DNA from: an uncultured Chlamydiae bacterium
GTDB lineage: Bacteria > Chlamydiota > Chlamydiia > Chlamydiales > SM23-39
Assembly (NCBI GenBank): GCA_963828125.1
Contig: CAWHDP010000002.1
Location: forward strand, 1,280,001-1,344,000
Direction of reading: 5' to 3'
DNA length: 64,000 nt
Part shown: in pieces, positions 40,275-47,576 of the stretch
How positions within the stretch are numbered: position 1 is the stretch's first letter
How the letters are laid out: every line of letters starts with the position of its first letter
Notes under the pieces: model-generated
What the model was told of the DNA's origin: nothing
What the model saw: the letters and a program-made list of their open reading frames with translations, nothing else
Databases searched by the model: none
Made by a program: the position numbers and the translations under genes

Positions 40275-41650
40275 GGTAGTGTAACATCGTTTCTGTAAAT
40301 TCAGACTAGGATTTTGGCCGGGTCGAAAAACCCTGGTGGAAAATGGTCTGAGATCCCATTCTTCTTTTCTAACTCGTTTCAAAAATTGAAAGGAAGGAAT
40401 GTTATGATCTCAGACCAGTTAAAGGATACCTTAGTGGACCAAATTGTGAAAGGACTCATTGGCCAAGGCATGGATGGGTTGAAGCCCGTCTTAGAGTTAC
40501 TGTTCAATGGAACGATGAAAATGGAAAGGGAACAGTTCCTCGGTGCTGGTTCCCATGAGAGAACAGAGGGCAGGAAGGGGTACGCCAATGGGTATAAGCC
40601 AAAAGAGTTGCAAACCAGGTTGGGAGCCCTGGATCTACAGATCCCTCAGGTAAGAGGCCTTGGGTTTTATCCCCAGAGTCTGGAGAAGGGCACTCGTTCA
40701 GAAAAAGCCCTAAAGTTGGCAATAGCCCAGATGTATTTAGAAGGGGTCTCGACTAGGAGGGTGCAGGATATTACCGAGAAGCTGTGCGGCCTCGAGATAA
40801 GTTCAACCCAGGTCTCGAGGCTGACTCAAGAGCTGGATGGGCAGTTTGAGCTGTTTAGGAATAGACCGATAGGAGAGGTGAGCTATCTGGTCATTGATGC
40901 AATCTACCTCAAGGTGCGGCACAATGGGTCTGTAATCGACATGGCGATCCTTCTGGGCTATGGAATTACTCCGGAAGGGAAACGAGAAATCCTAGGAGCC
41001 TCCGCGAGCCTCTCGGAGGCTGAGGTTCACTGGAGGGAGTTTTTTAAGCACCTTCAGTCTCGGGGGATGCGAGGACTCCGGTTAATCATTAGCGATGATC
41101 ATGCCGGAATGAAAAGTGCGAGGAAGGCAATGTTCCCATCAGTGCCATGGCAGAGATGTCAGTTCCACCTGGCGCAGAACGCCCAAAGCTATGCTCCTAA
41201 GAAATCGATGAGGGTAGAGATAGCAGAGGTAATGAGGGAGATTTTTAACAGTCCGACTGTTGAAATGGCGCAAGAGATGAAACGCCGGGCCATAGAGAGA
41301 TACCAGAAGCGTGCTCCTGAGTTTGCGAAATGGCTCGAGGAGAATGTCGATGAAGGGCTGACAGTTTATCAGTTTCCGAAGGAGCACTGGAAGCGGGTGA
41401 GGACCTCCAATGGTATGGAGCGGGTCAACAAGGAGATTAAGCGGCGGACGCGAGTGGCTGTCTTGTTCCCGAATCCGGAATCAGCGCTCCGGTTGGTGAC
41501 AGGTGTAGTGATCGAAATCCATGAGGAGTGGGTGACGGGCAAACAGTATTTAGATATGAGTCCACTGTTAAATCAGGGACCGAGAAATGAATAACCTCGA
41601 GGGAGAAAAGAGGAAAAAAATGGAATTTACAGAAAAGTTGTTGCTTTGCC
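40275..41650 (+). mobile_element. IS256-family element (transposase ~40404-41594)
   Basis: Imperfect IR ending TTTCTGTAAATTC; MYLEGVSTR, ISDDHAG, WQRCQFH, RTSNGMERVNKEIKRR. Confidence 0.93.
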
Positions 41651-42004
41651 GTCGTTCAAAATATCGGAGGAGTTTCTCAATATGCAGTGAATCAACTCGC
41701 CATGGGGAAAAAGCAAATTGATGCGCGGTTGCCTGATAATCCAGATGAACTATTGAACGATCCAAACTGGGAAGAAACCTCTCATCCAGAAGCTAAAGAA
41801 CATGGGCATAGAACTTTTGAAAACACAAAGACTGGAGAAACAATTCGACATGATGCTGCCAAACCAGGGACAACGGGACATAAAGCACAAGACCACTGGC
41901 ACCGGCATAATCCAGACTCAACAGGAGATATTGATAAATATTTAGATGCAAAAGGAAATCCTGTTCCTGATGGTCATCCAGATTCACATTTATACCCTAG
42001 GTAA
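41651..42004 (+). pseudogene. Orphan polymorphic-toxin C-terminal domain, 5' cut by IS256
   Basis: Frame open from the IS end; His-rich WEETSHP...GHRTF...DHWHRHNP...SHL; followed by a small acidic gene. Confidence 0.65.
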
Positions 42005-42016
42005 GGAGTTGATTAT

Positions 42017-42430
42017 ATGAATTTATCAAAATATAGCGGTTACTTTCACGATGGCAGCTTAATCAATTTCAAACATGGGGGAAATAAGATTGAAATTTCA
42101 ATGTTAAGCGCAGAAATAATCCCAGAACATATGATAGAAAACATGCCGCCTTTAAATAAAAATAGAATTACAGGAAAGCTGTATTTAGAAGGGGTAAAAG
42201 AAATCAAAATAAACAAGAAACCTTTTACTGGCATCTTAAAAAAAACGTATGACAGTGGTAGTGTTTTAGACTTTGAAGTTTCCGATCATAAAGTGTTTTT
42301 AGGCATCGAATGGACAGATTATCCCCCTAAGCCAAGAAAATCTGATTTTTCTGCAATCGAGATAGAAGCTGAAAAAATTCGTTGGGAGAATGTTCCAGAT
42401 CTTTCTGACGATTGTTGCAAAGATGATTAA
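42017..42430 (+). CDS. Putative immunity protein
   Basis: AAGGAG RBS, 12 bp after the toxin stop; YFHDG...IEAEKIRW. Confidence 0.65.
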   Translation: MNLSKYSGYFHDGSLINFKHGGNKIEISMLSAEIIPEHMIENMPPLNKNRITGKLYLEGVKEIKINKKPFTGILKKTYDSGSVLDFEVSDHKVFLGIEWTDYPPKPRKSDFSAIEIEAEKIRWENVPDLSDDCCKDD

Positions 42431-42614
42431 CTCGATGTTCTAGTTTTTGCAAAAAGTGCTTAACAGGGGCGCTAAAATAGGGCGCCTTTTCAAAATCGAA
42501 GTGCGAAAAGTAAATCCAAGGCCCATTCAACTGTGAAGTGCGAAAAGTAGATTCAAATTAAAAGTGATCAAATGATGGCGTTACTTTTGAATGACCATGT
42601 ATAACGCGTTCTTC

Positions 42615-42980
42615 CTACTTCTTTTTTCTAGACTTCTTCTTTTTTGGGGTCGGCATAACACTTAATTCGGCCTCAATTTCTTCTATTGTAGGCAGGCTTG
42701 ACTTGAGGTCTTTCGGAAGGTTTTCAACCAATTTCACTTCAAATTCTGCTACTCCAATCGGCCGATTGAAGTTCCTCAGAACATATTCAACAAAAATATT
42801 GTCTTTCGTCTTGCAAAAGATGGGCCCTAGCGTTGGTTTATCGCCTTCACTTCTAAGCTGATCATCTACCGCTGAAAGATAGGCGCTCATTTGCCCGGCA
42901 TCGCGGCTATCGAATTCCCCTGCCTTAAGCTCATATGTTGCGCACCACATAAAAGCTCAACGACTATGTAGCATTTCAAC
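42615..42980 (-). pseudogene. C-terminal fragment of a YhcG paralog
   Basis: Near-identical to ~31545-31837, with a small insertion at 42934. Confidence 0.88.
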
Positions 42981-43241
42981 TCTTCTCACTGAAGATTTGA
43001 GACGAAAGGTAGCACTTACTTGTCTGATGATATCTGAGTCGTAGGCTATTTTTTGAGCATCTATAGGTTTTCTATCCATAGGGCAGGTATTATTCAGTCG
43101 AGCCCAAGTTCCCAGGCAATCGGCATCAAAAATATGACCACACTCTAACCGTATTGGATAACTCAACGGTTTAGAACAAATTATACATGAAGGAATCTCA
43201 GTAAGAATCTTAGATATACTAGAACTAGCCATTTTCAACAC
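42957..43241 (-). CDS. Eukaryote-like RING-finger protein, probably 3'-truncated
   Basis: CIIC-x11-CGHIFDADC-x10-CPMD. Confidence 0.75.
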   Translation of the reverse strand: MLKMASSSISKILTEIPSCIICSKPLSYPIRLECGHIFDADCLGTWARLNNTCPMDRKPIDAQKIAYDSDIIRQVSATFRLKSSVRRVEMLHSR

Positions 43242-43532
43242 CTTATCGTTTTACAAAAGCATTTTATCAAAAATAAAATAAAATACAATCAAAAAATTAT
43301 TAACATAGTCATTTTTTATTCTCATCTTTAGAAAGTTTAGCCTCAATCTGTTCAATAGTCGGCAAACTAGATTTTAGATCATTTTTGGCTATTAGATCGG
43401 GGGTCAAGCAAACATTGCAAGGATGGCCATCAACTCGATTAATTGGAAGGCTCAGGAAGAAAAGCTGCTCCGTCCAATTGCCTTAACGCCACCCATTCTG
43501 AAATAGCCAAAGAAATGCATTAATAGTATATA

Positions 43533-44270
43533 TTAGTTCAAATAAAGACTCTGACTATCCCCTTGAATAACCATAATAGACCCATGGGGAATACTTCTTG
43601 TACCTTCTTCTTCAGAATAGTTCCCAAGATAAAAATTCAAGAGTTTGAAAAGCCCCCCATGAGTGACGATGACTATTCTTTCTCCTAAATGAGCCGCACA
43701 AATCTCTTTGATCACAGGCACCATTCTGCATGCCATGTCGACCTTGCTCTCTCCTCCTTCTCCGCAAGGAAAGAAAATCTCTTTTTCAGGAGGTAGGCTG
43801 TCATAGAATCGAAAATGGGATTCTTGGACATACTGCTCTTTTGTATATCCTTCAAATTTCCCGTGAAATTCACCTTTCAAACGCGAATCTCCATATAGGG
43901 GACAGTTCTCTAATTTGTCTTGTATGATATGAGCTGTTTCAAGAGCTTGTTGAAGAGTGGAAGAATAAATTGCAGAAACAGACTGGTCGAGGAGCAGTTC
44001 TCCAGTTTTTTGCGCCTCATTTCTACCTTTTTCATTAAGTGGAATATTATTCCACCCTTGCAACCGACTTATTTCCGTCCAATCTGTACTGCCTTGATTC
44101 ACAAGATAAATCGTACAGACTTCTTTATTGACAGAGATTTCTCGAATGCCGAGTTTTTCTTTCAATACATGAGGGCTAGTGTTAAAAAACTCAGCACTCT
44201 GCGGAAAGGCAAAGTCTCCTTCGTCTGCTTGGAGAGACCCGAACAGCAAGCAAAAAATTAATAAAATCAT
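43533..44270 (-). CDS. Secreted histidine-phosphatase (PGM) family protein with a degenerate RHG motif
   Basis: YLVNQG in place of RHG; PLNEKG, YSSTL, VTHGG; signal-like MILLIFCLLFGSLQA. Confidence 0.8.
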   Translation of the reverse strand: MILLIFCLLFGSLQADEGDFAFPQSAEFFNTSPHVLKEKLGIREISVNKEVCTIYLVNQGSTDWTEISRLQGWNNIPLNEKGRNEAQKTGELLLDQSVSAIYSSTLQQALETAHIIQDKLENCPLYGDSRLKGEFHGKFEGYTKEQYVQESHFRFYDSLPPEKEIFFPCGEGGESKVDMACRMVPVIKEICAAHLGERIVIVTHGGLFKLLNFYLGNYSEEEGTRSIPHGSIMVIQGDSQSLYLN

Positions 44271-44414
44271 CTTTATTCCGTCAGCATGCAACATAGGTTT
44301 TCTTAATTGGCATAGGCCTTCATGAGGCCCTATTTTGCCTGTAGTTGCAACTTTTTGCAACTTCGAGAAGAGGAAGGTAGGGCAGAACTTTCGACTAAAC
44401 GCCTGAAAAATCCA

Positions 44415-44458
44415 TTGCCTGAAGCCAGAATCGAACTGACGACCTTCGCATTACGAAT
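44415..44458 (-). repeat. tRNA-Thr 3' fragment (att core between elements 1 and 2)
   Basis: Matches 62250-62293 with two mismatches. Confidence 0.92.
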
Positions 44459-44684
44459 ATGCAGGTCGCGCCCCACACCACTGCATCCCGCAGCAGCTGA
44501 CAGCAGAGAAGTTTAAGCGATTCTTTCTTTTCGATCTACTGTGGTTTGCATTGGTTTGAGGCACTTTGCTGCCCCCATTTGGTCCACCGTTGGTCCACGG
44601 GACAAGTGATTAAGACAAATGAAAATCAGCAGGTTAAGGAGACTTCTTGCGGTTTCTAAAGGAGTTTGTTAGAATTAAGGCAAA

Positions 44685-44745
44685 TGGATTGGGGGTTACC
44701 CGGTCGGCGCTAGACCTCGGAGAGATCCGGGGTCTTTCGCTTTCA
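44685..44745 (-). ncRNA. Candidate DUF3800-associated structured RNA
   Basis: Directly 3' of DUF3800: AAAGCGAA-AGACCCCGGA-TCTC-TCCGAGGTCT-AGCGCCGACC-GGGTAACCC-CCAATCCA; no U-tract after the hairpins. Confidence 0.6.
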
Positions 44746-45537
44746 GGTCCTTGCAAAATCAAGAGCTTTTTGAAGATCAAATAACTTTATGACTTCACTG
44801 TTTTTTGGGAAAATTTTCAATCCCTTCTGCAAATAATTTGGGAATTTATAAAATTTTTGCTCGATGATTTTAAAGGCCAGATTTTCTTCCTGAGGCTTTA
44901 GCACACGTCGACCAATTGGATAGGCGATTAAATCCGCGAGCTGCAAACCTATGCTATTCGCTTTTTTGTCTCCAAAGATTAATTTTACAGGACACTGATC
45001 TTGCAATGGTTTATTTTTTTCGAGCATTCTAAGAAAGGCTTGGTCTAATTCCTTATTCTGATTGTCCATTCTTGACTCGATGACGACATGAGTAGTTCGT
45101 CCATTCTGATTCTTTTCTGCAAGAAATCGATAGAGTCGCTCTAGACAAAATTGCAGCCCAAGCTCGTATGGATTCGCGGGATTTACATATTGTTTCTGAA
45201 GCAACCGCTTGTCAATACCAGTAGCTATAATTGTGAATGGAGAATCCTTGATCGCTTGACTCAGAGTTGTCATGAACATTCCCCTCTGAGCCTGGCCTTG
45301 AAGAAAGCGAAAATCGTCAGCTTGAATTCTGATTTTTTTGCTATGAAGAACGGTCATGTCATGACCCCATGTGGCAAATTTGAATCCCTTTATATGCCTA
45401 ACTACGTCTGTAAGATATTCACGTTTAGAAAAAACGCAAAACGCGAGAACGAACACGGGATACTCTTTATCCTCTAAAGAAAGGTCGCCGCTTTCATCAG
45501 CATACACAATGTAATCACTATAATGATTTTCTCTCAC
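44743..45537 (-). CDS. DUF3800-family (RNase H-like) protein
   Basis: VYADESG, LHSKKIR, VIESR, GLQLADLIAYPIGR. Confidence 0.9.
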   Translation of the reverse strand: MRENHYSDYIVYADESGDLSLEDKEYPVFVLAFCVFSKREYLTDVVRHIKGFKFATWGHDMTVLHSKKIRIQADDFRFLQGQAQRGMFMTTLSQAIKDSPFTIIATGIDKRLLQKQYVNPANPYELGLQFCLERLYRFLAEKNQNGRTTHVVIESRMDNQNKELDQAFLRMLEKNKPLQDQCPVKLIFGDKKANSIGLQLADLIAYPIGRRVLKPQEENLAFKIIEQKFYKFPNYLQKGLKIFPKNSEVIKLFDLQKALDFART

Positions 45538-45701
45538 TCTATCACGCAGAAATGAGCCAGTATCTCATGCAGCAAAATTTTATTGCAATCGATTGATCGA
45601 AGGGCAGAGTACTGCTAATAAGACGAACTGGAAGCTTATCTCTCTATGGAAATGGGAATGCAATACTCAAGGGAGGGAGCAATGGGGAAAAAAAGAAATC
45701 C

Positions 45702-46745
45702 CTATGAACTTGCCGATTGGCGAATTACCTCTTGAACTGAGAAAAATTCAGTTTCTTCTAAAGTCGGAGAAAAAATCGTTACAGTTCCAGGACAGAAGTT
45801 CGTTTTAAATCCGCGCATCTCCATCTCTCTTAAATTTTCCGCCAGACATATCAATCTTCTTTCAATGTCCGCCCTCTTCTCTAAGGTGACGATGTGTACT
45901 GGTTGCTGACCCTTTCCAAGCAATGCAAAGTTGATAGAATCCGTATCAGCCATATCATCCCAGGTCCGCATTAAAATATCGTATTTCTCCTGATCCGGAT
46001 TTAAACTGTTAAGACACCCGCCAATTCTATTGATTTCTGAAAAAAGACCCAAAGCACTGCAATCGAACCCAAGTGAGCGAACTTCAAAATAGACTCGCGT
46101 TAACCGCCCCATTACCTCTGCCCACAGTTTTGCAGCCTGTAAGCGATCTTTCTTTTCTATTTTTTTGAGATCGATAAATGGATATCGGAACACGGTATCA
46201 AGGAAAATTGCTTTTGCGAAAGCCTTATAATGATCAGGATCTCTTATGTTTTTTGCCCATCTCTTAATCCTAGCAACAATCAAATGAGAATGCCGATGAT
46301 TTTGATGCTTTCTCAAAAAATGAATGGTCGCCTGTCGATATAACTTATTAGGTGGGAGATATTTCAATAGAAAATCTTTAACTCGTTTACCAACGTGATC
46401 GCAAAAAACATCAGACCGGATCTCCTGGTCAGAGACAAAATTTCTCCACTCGATTGGAATGATTTCAGAAATCTGCGCCCGCAATCTATGCTTGATTTGA
46501 CCAAGACCAATTAGCTCCAAAAATACCGCAGGAGTCCAAATCCATGTAAAATCAGTGTCTGCAAAGTTGGAGTGATGTCGATCCATCTGATCCAAGAATC
46601 GTTCCCAATTTTCAACCGCGACAGCTAACTGTTGCCCCTCTCCAACAAAAGCAATGGGAGACAAAATTGAAGTGTCAAAAAAGAAATTTTTTTTCAGCTT
46701 TATCTGGGTCGTATTGATCACAGTCTTTTCTAATGTGGATATCAT
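45702..46745 (-). CDS. Hypothetical protein with split PIN-like motifs, in the toxin position after AbiEi
   Basis: FFFDTS, WTPAVFLEL, DMADTDSI, IVTLE; ATGA overlap with AbiEi. Confidence 0.6.
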   Translation of the reverse strand: MISTLEKTVINTTQIKLKKNFFFDTSILSPIAFVGEGQQLAVAVENWERFLDQMDRHHSNFADTDFTWIWTPAVFLELIGLGQIKHRLRAQISEIIPIEWRNFVSDQEIRSDVFCDHVGKRVKDFLLKYLPPNKLYRQATIHFLRKHQNHRHSHLIVARIKRWAKNIRDPDHYKAFAKAIFLDTVFRYPFIDLKKIEKKDRLQAAKLWAEVMGRLTRVYFEVRSLGFDCSALGLFSEINRIGGCLNSLNPDQEKYDILMRTWDDMADTDSINFALLGKGQQPVHIVTLEKRADIERRLICLAENLREMEMRGFKTNFCPGTVTIFSPTLEETEFFSVQEVIRQSASS

Positions 46746-47338
46746 GTTGTTAAAGCCATAATGTATTTATTGATATTGATTCTTAATGCTTTGGCGTATC
46801 TTGAAAGCTTTGGCAGGTCAGCCTTCTTTTCGCCAGAGGGTTGTAAGTAGGCTTGAAGAGCCTTGATGGCAATTTCGTCGCTCAAATATCGAAATGAGTC
46901 AACAACAGTCCTCTCTCGATCAAAAATTTTTACCTCATATTTCCCCATCTTTACGGTTGTTAGTCCGAGGCTCATATTCCTCATTCGAACGATTCGAATA
47001 TGGGGGCGCTTCGGGCTCTTATCGGTGTTGGGAATGGCAATCCAATACTCCCTCATGATCTGATCGGTCAAATTATAATAGCAAAGGGCTGAGACGAGAC
47101 AAATAACCCCTCTGGGGATACTCGAGGCGGTTAGCACAAGCTCTTCAAAATCAAGGTTGACTCCGCTAGAAGCCTCGGCTACCCGATATAGCCCGCGCCC
47201 GACCCTTTCAATCAGCCCTTTCTGACAAAAATGCGCAAGCATTCTAGGGGGAATACCCCTAGAACGAGCCTCACTGGCCTTGAATATAGGCTCTTTGAGA
47301 AGAGGGTCAAGAAGATGCTGATACTTAGATCGTTTCAT
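46742..47338 (-). CDS. AbiEi-family antitoxin/regulator
   Basis: GLIERVGRGLY, GVICLVSALCYYNLT, ERTVVDSFRY. Confidence 0.9.
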   Translation of the reverse strand: MKRSKYQHLLDPLLKEPIFKASEARSRGIPPRMLAHFCQKGLIERVGRGLYRVAEASSGVNLDFEELVLTASSIPRGVICLVSALCYYNLTDQIMREYWIAIPNTDKSPKRPHIRIVRMRNMSLGLTTVKMGKYEVKIFDRERTVVDSFRYLSDEIAIKALQAYLQPSGEKKADLPKLSRYAKALRININKYIMALTT

Positions 47339-47346
47339 ATTTCTAT

Positions 47347-47393
47347 ATGTAACACAGGCACTCACTAAAAGTCAATGAGTGCTTATATTACAT
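47347..47393 (-). promoter_or_regulatory. AbiEi promoter/operator: 18-bp imperfect inverted repeat around a TTGACT -35
   Basis: ATGTAACACAGGCACTCA / TGAGTGCTTATATTACAT. Confidence 0.7.
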
Positions 47394-47576
47394 GAACTTC
47401 TGATGAAGGCGAAGGTTCGATCATCGTACAATTTTAAGATGACTCTAAACAATCCTTTATACCCATTATTTCTAAAATCAAAGCTTAGCTAAATCCAGAG
47501 AATTAAAAATATGTTTTAGTTTTAAATGATTTACTCATTTTGTTATTCTATAACGGAATTAACAGTTAGAAGTTTA

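Larger units (their letters stand above)
26357..44414 (-). mobile_element. Integrative element 2 (satellite-like, integrase missing)
   Basis: Bounded by two tRNA-Thr att copies. TTGCAACT(n)TTGCAACT motif at both ends (26472-90, 44345-62). Contains Xis-like, DUF3987, iteron and primase modules. Confidence 0.75.

Noticed and set aside
42498..42556. Mini CRISPR array
   Set aside because: Only two units with a ~15-bp spacer and no cas genes; the Cas4-like nuclease lies in an RM operon
42930..42955. dif/Xer site (GGTGCGCA and TTATGT on the minus strand)
   Set aside because: The arms are in the wrong order and lack the 11-6-11 spacing
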